Program-made: the position numbers and the translations under genes | Notes under the pieces: model-generated | Told to the model about the DNA's origin: nothing | Databases searched by the model: none | Seen by the model: the letters and a program-made list of their open reading frames with translations, nothing else | Shown: positions 19,326 to 29,574 of the stretch, piece after piece | Layout of the letters: each line of letters begins with the position of its first letter | Numbering within the stretch: position 1 is the first letter of the stretch | Source of the DNA: a virus | IMG/VR virus record: IMGVR_UViG_3300030419_004857 | Coordinates: 32,001 to 96,000 of that record | Strand: one strand, 5' to 3' | Length of the DNA: 64,000 nucleotides

Positions 19326-22013
19326 ATGGCTACAATTAATAACAATATAGGATTTTCAATGCTAGCGGGCGTGGAACACGTCGGCACTAAAAGCATTGCG
19401 CCTAGTGGTTTCAATCAAGAGTATGGCTATTGGAGAGGTAATAAACACAGGACGGTGATTGAAAATAAATTCAATCAATTGTATATGGCTTTTGAGGGTA
19501 GTGGAGTAACTGGGGGCGCAACCTACCCACTAACTTGGAACAATGCAGGAGAAACTGTTCCAATATTCACCACCGCAGGCACGGCATATAATTCCAGCGT
19601 AAACAAGGCTGGAAGCCTATCAGCCACGATGGGTAATAATGCTATACAGGAAAGGTCTGTTTTTCTTGGCAAACACCCCTTTATGATTGCTAGCGGTATA
19701 ACTACCGAACCATATTTTTCTGCATACGCTAAAGTCTTGCCCAGTGGTAATATGGCCGATACGGTTATAATGGGGCAACATAATGCAGACCCCGCACAAT
19801 TTATTTTAGGCTGCGATGGTGACGGTAAATTTTATGTCCGATCTGATGGCGTGGTTTCCGGCGTAAATATTCCATACTATGCCAAGAGTTCTAAAAACTT
19901 CGCAGACTACGATTATCCTGTACATATTGTAGGTACGTATGCTTCTGGCGATGGGTTTTTAAAACTTTATGTAAATGGCGATTTCGAAAGTCAATCAGCG
20001 TCATTTACCAGAGACATAACTGACAACAGTGACACATGGGTCTATATTGGTAAAAGACAATTTGCATTTGATCAAAGGCCATTTACCGGATGGTATGATG
20101 AATTGGGTGTTGGTAATGTTAGCATGAAAGAGTCTGATGTCAAGGACTTATATTACAGCACATTTGGTTTAAGTAGATTTATTCGAGACGAAATAAGAGA
20201 AGACGGCGATGCAAGTTCAGGAACTATAAGTAAGTGTGGTTGCACAACTCTTCCAACAAGTGTTCAAGCAGAAATTACTGGAATAACTTTACCGGACGGT
20301 GGAACCGACAAGGGCGCGGTGGGAGAAAAAATTACGCTAACATACGATGCTGCCGCCACTTATACCGACTCTGCCGGTCCTACTACCTACACCGGTATAT
20401 GGGATTCTGGAACTACATCTCTATCTTGTGGGGGCACAGTTAGATTAAGATTGTACTGTGGGGCAAGTAGTAATTTTTATATGGCTCATGATTTTTCTTT
20501 TATGAGCGCCGGTGAAGAGCAGAGATCCAGTCAGGTTTGTAGTCCACTTAATATTGCTTTCGCTCTTGCTGGAGTAACTTCTGGAGGCGGGGGGTGCTGT
20601 AGTGATGACGCCGCTGCTGAAATTGCAGTAACTGTTACCGGAAGCCCAACCCCCCAATCTTTTTCGGGTGCGGATTTTGGCGCTGGCTTTTTGGCAACTG
20701 ATGAGACCTATATTCATTTTGTTGTAGAATCTGGCGTCTTGAGTAGTGACAGAGGAAAATCTAACCGTAATCAAGCTATGGGAAAAACCCTTGGTGGGGC
20801 TTATGACAAAACCCTTTGGGGAACTGTCGCTGAACATGCGATCTCATCCCAGATCACCTTCGATCTAGAACCATCCTACGGAAATTTCCACCAGCTAACA
20901 GACATTTCTGTAGAGGTTTTGGCTGAGCATTTAACCAACCATCCCAGCGGTGCAAAACTATCTGTTTCCATAGACAAAAAAAGTGCTGGCCCCAATGAAT
21001 TAAATTGGTATCCTTTGGGGGTAATGGTTCCGTCTGGCTCTCTTCAAAAGCTAACCTTTACTAAGGATTTAGACGAAACTGTATATCGTTTAGATAGTCG
21101 AAGTTTTAAAGAAGAGTTTGATGATCACCAATTAAAACTAACAGTTTATTATCCTCAATCTGACGAGCCTTACGACGGTGAGTTCAAAATTTATTCCACG
21201 AGGGTAAACTACGGGAGCTTCTCGCGGATAGATACTGCTGTTTCGACTGAACCTACACTTTTCACTAAAGGAGGTTCGCTTGTAAGTGCTAGCGGCAATA
21301 TGCCACTGTTTGTAAACGCAGATATAGCCGCAGGAAGTTTAGAGCTATTTATGGATGCCACGCTACCTCAGTTGCTTGGCGGGTCTGTAATGTCGGCTGA
21401 TGCTAGTGTAATTACGAATAAAGATATTTCGTTATTTACTCAAGGAGGAATGATAACTCTTGAGACCCCAATGTATATCTTGGGTTCAACCGAGGGGAAA
21501 ACTGGCTTTGTGGAAGCTTTTGGTTCGATAGGTCTAGAGACCAAGGGTGGCAGACACGTATTTCCTCACGCTCAAGCAACAACATCTCTGTTCATTAAAG
21601 ACGTTGTTTCGGGAAGTGGTTTGGTCTCTGATAGCATGAACCTATTCTTGAAGCCCGCGCCTTCAATATTGACAAGCGGGACTATGAACATGTCTGTAAG
21701 GGGCGATTTCAATAAGACTATACCACTGTTCCTAAAGGGGGCTGAAGCCTCTACAGCAACAGCCACCCTAATACTAGAGGGGCCAGAACAGATCTCAACC
21801 AGCGGAACAATGAATTTATTTATCAAGCAAGCAGACCCTCTTTTCCTAAGCACTTCTCAGTTGTCTTCTAACGCGGGGGTTCTGACCAACAATAATACTT
21901 CTCTACATATTTCCGGTCTTGGGTTCCCCAGCGGAACCATCCCATTGTCAATGCCAAATACTATTGGTAAACCGAACAATTCAATAACGTTAAACATAGA
22001 GGGCTATGAATAA
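19326..22013 (+). CDS. LamG/concanavalin A-like domain virion protein with Cys-containing insert and C-terminal beta-repeats
   Basis: HIVGTY.....LKLYVNG...VYIGK...FTGWYDELGV is the LamG-like signature; many (S/T)(M/I)(N/P)LF(I/L).G repeats in the last ~260 aa. Confidence 0.7.
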   Translation: MATINNNIGFSMLAGVEHVGTKSIAPSGFNQEYGYWRGNKHRTVIENKFNQLYMAFEGSGVTGGATYPLTWNNAGETVPIFTTAGTAYNSSVNKAGSLSATMGNNAIQERSVFLGKHPFMIASGITTEPYFSAYAKVLPSGNMADTVIMGQHNADPAQFILGCDGDGKFYVRSDGVVSGVNIPYYAKSSKNFADYDYPVHIVGTYASGDGFLKLYVNGDFESQSASFTRDITDNSDTWVYIGKRQFAFDQRPFTGWYDELGVGNVSMKESDVKDLYYSTFGLSRFIRDEIREDGDASSGTISKCGCTTLPTSVQAEITGITLPDGGTDKGAVGEKITLTYDAAATYTDSAGPTTYTGIWDSGTTSLSCGGTVRLRLYCGASSNFYMAHDFSFMSAGEEQRSSQVCSPLNIAFALAGVTSGGGGCCSDDAAAEIAVTVTGSPTPQSFSGADFGAGFLATDETYIHFVVESGVLSSDRGKSNRNQAMGKTLGGAYDKTLWGTVAEHAISSQITFDLEPSYGNFHQLTDISVEVLAEHLTNHPSGAKLSVSIDKKSAGPNELNWYPLGVMVPSGSLQKLTFTKDLDETVYRLDSRSFKEEFDDHQLKLTVYYPQSDEPYDGEFKIYSTRVNYGSFSRIDTAVSTEPTLFTKGGSLVSASGNMPLFVNADIAAGSLELFMDATLPQLLGGSVMSADASVITNKDISLFTQGGMITLETPMYILGSTEGKTGFVEAFGSIGLETKGGRHVFPHAQATTSLFIKDVVSGSGLVSDSMNLFLKPAPSILTSGTMNMSVRGDFNKTIPLFLKGAEASTATATLILEGPEQISTSGTMNLFIKQADPLFLSTSQLSSNAGVLTNNNTSLHISGLGFPSGTIPLSMPNTIGKPNNSITLNIEGYE

Positions 22014-23974
22014 TGTCAGTTTCATTTCACCCCAATGCAGCAGCCGGTGCTTCGTATTTAATACCAACCCCCTTTGTCAGTGTGGGTAAAACTTTTGACA
22101 AGTCTGGTTCTGGAGAAATTTTAGGGGTAAGATATGCTATCACCTTAACCGGAACTCTTATTTACGATAGAGGATCACCCAACTCATCTGGGGGTTTCTC
22201 TTCCTCGGACGCTACCGAAACCATTGCGGCTGATGCAGAATATGCATCCATACAAGCTAAACAAAAAGCGATAATGAATTTGTTTAGTAAGAAAAACGAA
22301 GGTGGATTGTTACATGTGGATAATCCAAAGGCTGGCGCTGTCGGTTTTAAATGTTATCCCAGAATTATATCTGTTGATATGCCGACTCATGATCCGGGTA
22401 GGCCCACCATGGCGGCATATACTATAGTTTTAGAGGCGGATAAATTAATTGGCCCAACAGGCGTATTAAATGATGAGGATGATTGGGAAAGATTAAATAA
22501 GTGGCTAGTTTCTTCGGCAAGTGAAAGTTGGACTATAAATGAGAATGAGGGCGGAAAAGCTATCACTATGGCTTCTGGCCCTATCACCAAAGTGGAAAAA
22601 ACCTACACTCTTACCAGAAATATTAGCGCTACCGGCAAAGGCAAATTTGATACTAGTACAGCAGCGGCAGATGGGCTTAAGGGTGATGACTTTAGTACTA
22701 AATACGTGGAAGATGTGGTTACTTCCTCTGGAGGAGCAGAACCAACATACACAACAGTCGCAAAAGATGGGCAGGCTTGGCAACAAGCTAGAGGCTTTGT
22801 CTATGACATTCTGAAGTATGGAAATGTCTTTTTGGTAGGGGAGCAAGCTAACAGTACCAATACCATGGATGCTAATGGTATTAATTTACCTGACGGATAC
22901 GATGGGTACAACTATGTAAGAAGTGAAACGGTGGACGAGCTTGGCGGCACTTTTAGTGCTACCGAAAGTTGGATATTGCTTCCAGATGGTCATAATAAAG
23001 TAACTGAAACTGTTGAAAGTTCTCTTAGTCAATCTCAAGATACCGGAATAATAAAGGTGTCAATAAATGGCACAATACAAGGAGTGGGAACTCAAAATAA
23101 GGATGCTACTTTACCCGGCACTGAGGCTGCGGATACCACTGTAGATTTTGATGACAAGTATGCCAACGCCACAGCTAGACTAACCGGAATAGAAGGTAAG
23201 TTATACCTGACGGCTCAGGATTTATTACGGGATAATGCTGCGTATAGTAGCACGGTTCTTAACCCAACCCCATTATCTAAAACCGTTGGCAGGAATCCCT
23301 ATACAGGGACTATCACATATAGTTTAGAGTTTGACAATAGGCCCACATTTGCTATACCGGGTGTCAGAAGTGAAACCATTACAGTCAATGACACATATCC
23401 GGGCTATGTAGCAGCCACTACTCAGGTTATAGGCAGGGCTTTAGGTCCGGTTCTACAAAGTATAGGAACTCAAACTGTGTGGGAGCGCTCTCTTAGTATA
23501 TCATGCGTTGTAGACACTTCCGGTGGTTATTGTACGGGGCTAACAGATGATACTGGGGCGGCAGTGACCCAACCTACCAATCAGACTGATTGCGAGGCCG
23601 ATCCCGGTGGAACAGGAACTGCTGGTACTTGGTCTCCGGGTGGGAATAATGCATTGGGGAATCCAGAGGTTGATTTTTATGCTTCTTCTATGGCGGCTAA
23701 GCCCAGTCATGTACAAACCCAAAGAGAGGCGATAATAAAAATTATTGATCAATTCAATCCCGCTAAGGCGGGGACGCATGATGGCACACCCACTGGCACT
23801 CCTCTCATAAATGTGTTTTTTACAAAGTCGCCTTCAGAAACATGGAATCCTAGAACTGGAGCTTGGACATTTGATGTTTCGTGGACTTATGAGCCATATC
23901 TAACGTATCAATTCATACCTCTCGGTACTCCCCAAACTAATTCGGCAGCACCATATCCGAAGACGATTATTTAA
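22013..23974 (+). CDS. putative tail-tip (distal tail-like) structural protein
   Basis: Beta-rich, S/T-rich, repeated SESW/TESW/SETW strands; downstream of the tape measure gene. Confidence 0.5.
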   Translation: MSVSFHPNAAAGASYLIPTPFVSVGKTFDKSGSGEILGVRYAITLTGTLIYDRGSPNSSGGFSSSDATETIAADAEYASIQAKQKAIMNLFSKKNEGGLLHVDNPKAGAVGFKCYPRIISVDMPTHDPGRPTMAAYTIVLEADKLIGPTGVLNDEDDWERLNKWLVSSASESWTINENEGGKAITMASGPITKVEKTYTLTRNISATGKGKFDTSTAAADGLKGDDFSTKYVEDVVTSSGGAEPTYTTVAKDGQAWQQARGFVYDILKYGNVFLVGEQANSTNTMDANGINLPDGYDGYNYVRSETVDELGGTFSATESWILLPDGHNKVTETVESSLSQSQDTGIIKVSINGTIQGVGTQNKDATLPGTEAADTTVDFDDKYANATARLTGIEGKLYLTAQDLLRDNAAYSSTVLNPTPLSKTVGRNPYTGTITYSLEFDNRPTFAIPGVRSETITVNDTYPGYVAATTQVIGRALGPVLQSIGTQTVWERSLSISCVVDTSGGYCTGLTDDTGAAVTQPTNQTDCEADPGGTGTAGTWSPGGNNALGNPEVDFYASSMAAKPSHVQTQREAIIKIIDQFNPAKAGTHDGTPTGTPLINVFFTKSPSETWNPRTGAWTFDVSWTYEPYLTYQFIPLGTPQTNSAAPYPKTII

Positions 23975-23984
23975 GGAATAAACT

Positions 23985-26900
23985 ATGGCACACGGTGAAG
24001 AACTTATTACATCGCCAGTTGTTCAACAGAGCTTCTTTGGGGCTTCGATTACTAATTTTTCCGTCAACATCGGATTTAATAGTAACTCTTCTAGCCTTAA
24101 TCTTTCCTTGGTGGAAGATAATAAATTTAAAGAAGGGAAAATTCCCAATATAAATAATGGTGTTGCGAGAGGAAGCTCGGTCTGGGAGGGGTATCATCCT
24201 TGGGATCATTCTGCTCACCCCGTAACGACTATGGGTGATTGTCGTGAGCTTCAAATCGGCGCTGCGCGCCCGTTGGCTGATTATGGAGACTTCTTTTGTC
24301 CTCCCACACCCGGAGAACCTGCGTATTTTAAATATTATGACGGTGTTGGAAGCTTGGTTTTTTCCTATAACGGAATTGTAAATCGATACGAAAGAAGTCA
24401 GGGTGGCAGTGGAACTACTTATAGTGTCAGTATCTCAGATCCACGAATGATACTAGAAGGTTCCCAGCTTATTTTTGACAAGTATATGGGAACTACCGCA
24501 CCGGCAGATGCCTCTCACAGCTTAGTGACTTCTCCTTTTGCCAGAACATATACCAACGGCTGGTTGGGGTATTATAATTTAATTAACGTATTTGGATATT
24601 ATGAAGGCGTTCAATACGGAGCGGCATTGAAGACTGACGCGGGGATGCCTTGGTTAAAAGTTTTGGATGCTATGAACATTATGCTTACATCTAATTCTAT
24701 ACCGGGGACGACGGTGGCTCCCTATATGCCTAATGAACCGTATGGCGGGCCTTTATATTACTTACCTAAGAGCGCTCCCGGTGCTCCAATATCTACTTCT
24801 CCAGTTAATGCCCATAGGTATAAAGTAGATGTAATGGATCTAGCTTTATTAAGCGGAACGCGCAACCCGACGACTCCCACAAACAAAGGGGGTATAATTC
24901 CAGATGATTTTAGAATCTCTGGAACAAGCATGAGCATAATGAGTTTTATACAACAGGTTTGTGACACAGGTGCAGCAGACTTCTTTGTTGAATTACAAGA
25001 AGATGGACCTATTTCAGAATATGACAATGCTGGAAATTTGATTGCTACTCATTCAAGTCCCTTCGCCGGGGTTATAAAAGTAAGAGTGATACCAAGGAAT
25101 CGTCCTGTAGTACTAGGAAAAATTAGAGCAGAAATCAACAGGGCTACTACCCTCCCCGACCCCACCACCGGATTAAGCACCTCCACGGGTCCGTGGGCCA
25201 ATAGAGTTGTCTCCTCTAGTCTAGGTTACGAATTTACTGATCCTGAAGTTGGCACTATGATGATTGGTGCTCCTAGAACAAGAGTTATTGGGGTTACTCC
25301 TTTAGGGGCTGCTAAACTTAGATCTGAATATGCTGTTGGGGCTGATGTTCTTGTAGAAGTATATCCAGATGGCGAATTCGACGGCGTTAAGATGAATGGT
25401 TATCCAACTGATTTGTCAACATTAGAAGCATTGAAGCCTCAAGATCCTCAATTCCCCAGTACTTCACCAACAGAAGTTACAAGAAACGACAACTATCTTA
25501 ATTGGTTCTGGGGTTTGCATGGAAATAACCTCGACAAATCAGTAAGGCAATTAAATTCTGTTGAAGAAGGACAAGACGGAATGATAGACATGTTTCCTTG
25601 CTGGGGTTTTCACACTGTGACCCCCGTAGGAACTTCTCATGGCGCGGTTGTTTCAGTAGAAAGCAAGGGAATGCCCATACTAGGGCGATTTCATGATGAC
25701 AGTCCGTATAGAGATTTTGATAAAAGATATGGAATTTTTTCTAGTCATGAAGATCATGGCGTGCTGGAATGGGTAAAGGGTGGAGATAAGGCGACTGGAA
25801 CTGTGGCCGATGCAAGATGTTTAGGTGGCCCACTTGGTAAATACAACGCTTCTTGTCCAGCAAGTCGTAATGTTTCAGTTCCAAGCGCAACTTATAATGT
25901 TCCAAGATTTCGTACACAATCTGATTCAAATATTGCGTGTAGTTCAACCTCTCAAACTGCTGCGTGTAAAGCTATAGATCTTAGTAGTCCTTTTAAGTCT
26001 CCGGTAAGTGCTACTATTCCTATTGACTTGGGGATGATCGGTTATGGTGGTGGTCCCACTGGAATCAATGGAGATTTTAGTAATTATTATTATGCGACTG
26101 TTACAGAATTAAGACATGCCATTCAGGGAAAAGAAGACTGGTTAAAATATATGAGAGATTATCAGCCATTTTTGCCGTGTTATATGGGCTGGAATGGTTA
26201 TTGTCCTATACAAAATATGAATGGTCCGGCGACGGGTAGGGCGATTGCAGGTACTATAGGTCAGGGGCTGAATGTTGGAGCAAACGGTCAACAGCAGAAC
26301 CAAGCCGGTCGTCGTGCTGATGGTAGAAATTCTGAAGACACTTCGGTCGGGGCAATGCAAGCGGCTCAGGCTAGGCAAAAAAAGGCTGTAGCTGCTATAA
26401 TGGCGGAACAGCAAAATCACGCTTTTAAACAGATTAGTAATATAGCTAATAATTATTATGGTAAAAAATACTTAGTTCCTCTACCATATGCTGGACAGTT
26501 TGATGTCTTTGGCGATATGGATAATTGGATTAAAAGAATAGATGCAGCATCTATGCAGTTTGAATTGAGATGGGATATTAGCAATGCTGGCTGGGCTGGA
26601 GAGATAAAGATTGCAGATCCAGATCCCGTCACCGGAAATGCCAATCCAGAAGAGGGAAAAAGATATCCTCATAATGTCAATTTTTATGATGAAGATGGAA
26701 AGCTCGGTGCTTTTGTGGCATTTCCCACTAAGGAGAAGATGAGGGGTTCTAAGCAGATGGCCTTTTTAGATTTTGGATCGATTTCTCCAGACGACATACA
26801 TAGCACACCCTTGGCTAATAATAGTATGGGGGGAGATTCAGAAGGAAAAACTTATGTAAAGGCTAATGTGGATACTAAGACTTATTGGATGTTAGATGCT

Positions 26901-27701
26901 CCTGCAATTGATATTCATAATAATAATGTTACCTCTGCTACTGTTAGACCTTTTGCGTTAATAACTATTAATTCTCCTGTACATTGGTCCACTGACGACT
27001 CCCTTAATATTGGTGGTGGTAAACAAATAACAATTCCTTTGGGGGGATATGCCGACAGTAGACAGATTGACAATTCCAATATAGCTGCGGCGATTGCTGG
27101 AATATATGGAGCGCAGGTTTGGTCTGGAACTGACCTTTCTAAAGCCAATGCTGGACCTTCCAGTGGTGTAGGTCAAATGGCGATGGCCCCGGCTAGATAT
27201 AAACCATGGATGTCTGCTATTCCACAGAGAAGCAACAGATTTACTTGGGGTCCGTGGGCTGCTGGAGTGAATTTTGGCAAGGCAAAATTTATAGATGACA
27301 GTAGTTATTCTCCAGAAAGTTTTGGCAGTGAGGCTTTGATGAATTCAGCAGCTAAAAGTAAAGTACTGACATTGCAAGATCCCAATGTTTTTGTTGAGAG
27401 TGGTAATGTTACACTTACAGGCTTACCAGACCCTCAATATAGCTTGGGGGCGCAGATGCTAGGTGTTGGTCCTACCATTTCAGATATTTCCGTGGATATC
27501 GGGTCGGGTGGAATTACCACATCTTACACTATGCAGACTCAGGCAAAATTCGGAGATACACAAAGCATCTTTGAAAATAGGATAACAAAACTACAAGAAG
27601 ATGCGATGGAGAATTCTAAAAAGATGGCAGCATCTCTTAAGAAGACGAAATTAATTTCGTTTAGAGATCTGGCGGGTAAATTTAACGACCTCAATAAATA
27701 A
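23985..27701 (+). CDS. putative baseplate hub / tail-tip protein
   Basis: N-terminal FFGASITNFSVNIGF...LNLSLVED and C-terminal ESGNVTLTGLP...ISDISVDIGSGGITTSY are hub-like; terminal coiled coil; synteny. Confidence 0.55.
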   Translation: MAHGEELITSPVVQQSFFGASITNFSVNIGFNSNSSSLNLSLVEDNKFKEGKIPNINNGVARGSSVWEGYHPWDHSAHPVTTMGDCRELQIGAARPLADYGDFFCPPTPGEPAYFKYYDGVGSLVFSYNGIVNRYERSQGGSGTTYSVSISDPRMILEGSQLIFDKYMGTTAPADASHSLVTSPFARTYTNGWLGYYNLINVFGYYEGVQYGAALKTDAGMPWLKVLDAMNIMLTSNSIPGTTVAPYMPNEPYGGPLYYLPKSAPGAPISTSPVNAHRYKVDVMDLALLSGTRNPTTPTNKGGIIPDDFRISGTSMSIMSFIQQVCDTGAADFFVELQEDGPISEYDNAGNLIATHSSPFAGVIKVRVIPRNRPVVLGKIRAEINRATTLPDPTTGLSTSTGPWANRVVSSSLGYEFTDPEVGTMMIGAPRTRVIGVTPLGAAKLRSEYAVGADVLVEVYPDGEFDGVKMNGYPTDLSTLEALKPQDPQFPSTSPTEVTRNDNYLNWFWGLHGNNLDKSVRQLNSVEEGQDGMIDMFPCWGFHTVTPVGTSHGAVVSVESKGMPILGRFHDDSPYRDFDKRYGIFSSHEDHGVLEWVKGGDKATGTVADARCLGGPLGKYNASCPASRNVSVPSATYNVPRFRTQSDSNIACSSTSQTAACKAIDLSSPFKSPVSATIPIDLGMIGYGGGPTGINGDFSNYYYATVTELRHAIQGKEDWLKYMRDYQPFLPCYMGWNGYCPIQNMNGPATGRAIAGTIGQGLNVGANGQQQNQAGRRADGRNSEDTSVGAMQAAQARQKKAVAAIMAEQQNHAFKQISNIANNYYGKKYLVPLPYAGQFDVFGDMDNWIKRIDAASMQFELRWDISNAGWAGEIKIADPDPVTGNANPEEGKRYPHNVNFYDEDGKLGAFVAFPTKEKMRGSKQMAFLDFGSISPDDIHSTPLANNSMGGDSEGKTYVKANVDTKTYWMLDAPAIDIHNNNVTSATVRPFALITINSPVHWSTDDSLNIGGGKQITIPLGGYADSRQIDNSNIAAAIAGIYGAQVWSGTDLSKANAGPSSGVGQMAMAPARYKPWMSAIPQRSNRFTWGPWAAGVNFGKAKFIDDSSYSPESFGSEALMNSAAKSKVLTLQDPNVFVESGNVTLTGLPDPQYSLGAQMLGVGPTISDISVDIGSGGITTSYTMQTQAKFGDTQSIFENRITKLQEDAMENSKKMAASLKKTKLISFRDLAGKFNDLNK

Positions 27702-27718
27702 ATATCTAGGAATAAAAA

Positions 27719-29566
27719 ATGCCTCAAGAACCACAAAATACAGATACTCAGAGGGAAAGGTCCGACGAGAATCATGTAATGCTGGGCGGAAAGCTGGTCA
27801 GAAAGACCTACATTTTGTCGGATGATCAAGGTAACCCTCTTCAGGGAATGGATAAAGATGGCGTAACTGGCAATTTGGACAGGGGGGACAAGTCTCCAGT
27901 TATTGATACAGCCACTTTGGGTTCTTTTAAAGGAAATTTTCCTCAGATTATAGAACAAGATCCTAACGATCCCACCAGAACAATTCTTAGCGATAAGCAT
28001 TGGAATGATCAAGCTGGCATGAGTATGGACGGGTTGCTTATTCCGTATTCAGCCGAGTTCGTTACGACGGGTCCACAGGGATCTCTAACAAATGTTCCTA
28101 TTCCTAGCGGTGACCTCCCGTCTTTTTGGAAGCCTGTTGGTATTGGTAATGAATCTCTTATAGATTGGTGGAACGTTGGCTCGGGTGTTATTACGTCTGC
28201 CACATTAAATCCTCTGGCCAGTGGTCATAATATAGAGTATGTTGTTCGAAACTCTAACATGACAGACCTATCTGTCAGAAGCGAGGTGGGAGGCTATGCT
28301 AAATCAGCTAGACCTCTGGGTAAGGTAGCAGAAATTACCAGTCAGAACACGGACGACGCTAATCAAGCAGCTAGACCCATTGGGCTGCGTGGTCCTATGG
28401 TGGTTTCTGGGTGGGGGTATGATATTGATGGTCGTCCAGTCCCCAATGCAAAATATGATGCCGACAGAAGAGTCCCATATAGCTCTGGTGGTGGTGGAGA
28501 TGTAGATAATGTCGGCCTACCGGTTGAATTACAGCATAGTAAAACACGGGCACATTTGAACTTTTTACCACATCATCTTCAAAGAACAGATAGATGGAAA
28601 AGTGGGCCAGTGGATCTTAGATGGGATAGAGAAAGAAAGGTCTGGGTTGGCGGCAGATTTAACGGTGTCTATCTCAGTAAAGCTGTAAAATGTATTTTAC
28701 CAAAGGCGGGGTTAGACGGAAAAAACTCTTTCAACTTTGGTATAAACGATAATGTAACTAATCCCGGCAGACTTTATAGAAATCCATGTCCTCAAACTAG
28801 TTGCACATATGAAACATATTTTAATACTAGTACATATTATCCCGATATAGAAATATATGACCCAGAAGACAAGGAGTGGTGTGGAAATTGTGAAGTGGTA
28901 AAAATAGGAACCGGAACCGCTGCAAAATATGCTGTTGAATGTTCACAATTTTCTACCACCTGTACTCCCTTTTACGACGCTGTTATTGTAAGATCTGTGG
29001 ATCACACGGTAAGAGGAAGAAACGTATATTCAGATTGTGGTGATAAATTTAGTAAAGTTTCCGGTGGAAGCCCGCAAAGCAGAAGAATGGGAGATCCATG
29101 TCATAGATTTGGTGGCAGCGCCTTAGCGCAGAATAGTTTGGGTCCAGAACCATTACATGCTATTATGCCCCCCGTTGCCACAGGAGTTAATGCTAAGTAT
29201 TCTGAAGCTGCTAAGGCAATTTTGTATCAAAAAATACTGATTGAAAATCCTTTAAATCAAGGTTTAATGCTAGGAGACTCTTTTCTTAGTTATGATACTG
29301 GTAGAAGAGTAGCTATATCTTATTCTAAATCAGATAGAGCAACAGGTTGTTCAGGTGGAAATCCAATAACGGTTCAAGAAATATTACCCGTACATGTTAT
29401 ATTGCAAGCAGAGTTTTTCAGTGCCGAAGTGCTGACTCACGCCAATTGTTCACAGGGAGAGTTTAGTAATTGTACGAAAAAACTATTTTTCCAAGGTATG
29501 TCTACACTGGAAGACTGCGGGCCGGATGATGACTACCCGCAAACAGCAATAACAACGGGTGTATAG
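27719..29566 (+). CDS. putative tail-tip protein with Cys-rich C-terminal half
   Basis: Operon position; GPVDLRWDRERKVW segment; many Cys in the C-terminal half. Confidence 0.5.
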   Translation: MPQEPQNTDTQRERSDENHVMLGGKLVRKTYILSDDQGNPLQGMDKDGVTGNLDRGDKSPVIDTATLGSFKGNFPQIIEQDPNDPTRTILSDKHWNDQAGMSMDGLLIPYSAEFVTTGPQGSLTNVPIPSGDLPSFWKPVGIGNESLIDWWNVGSGVITSATLNPLASGHNIEYVVRNSNMTDLSVRSEVGGYAKSARPLGKVAEITSQNTDDANQAARPIGLRGPMVVSGWGYDIDGRPVPNAKYDADRRVPYSSGGGGDVDNVGLPVELQHSKTRAHLNFLPHHLQRTDRWKSGPVDLRWDRERKVWVGGRFNGVYLSKAVKCILPKAGLDGKNSFNFGINDNVTNPGRLYRNPCPQTSCTYETYFNTSTYYPDIEIYDPEDKEWCGNCEVVKIGTGTAAKYAVECSQFSTTCTPFYDAVIVRSVDHTVRGRNVYSDCGDKFSKVSGGSPQSRRMGDPCHRFGGSALAQNSLGPEPLHAIMPPVATGVNAKYSEAAKAILYQKILIENPLNQGLMLGDSFLSYDTGRRVAISYSKSDRATGCSGGNPITVQEILPVHVILQAEFFSAEVLTHANCSQGEFSNCTKKLFFQGMSTLEDCGPDDDYPQTAITTGV

Positions 29567-29574
29567 GAACAGTA

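Noticed and set aside
7034-29566. Contractile tail or contractile injection system
   Set aside because: No sheath or baseplate wedge (gpJ/gp25-like) gene is recognisable in the window; the layout fits a long non-contractile tail.
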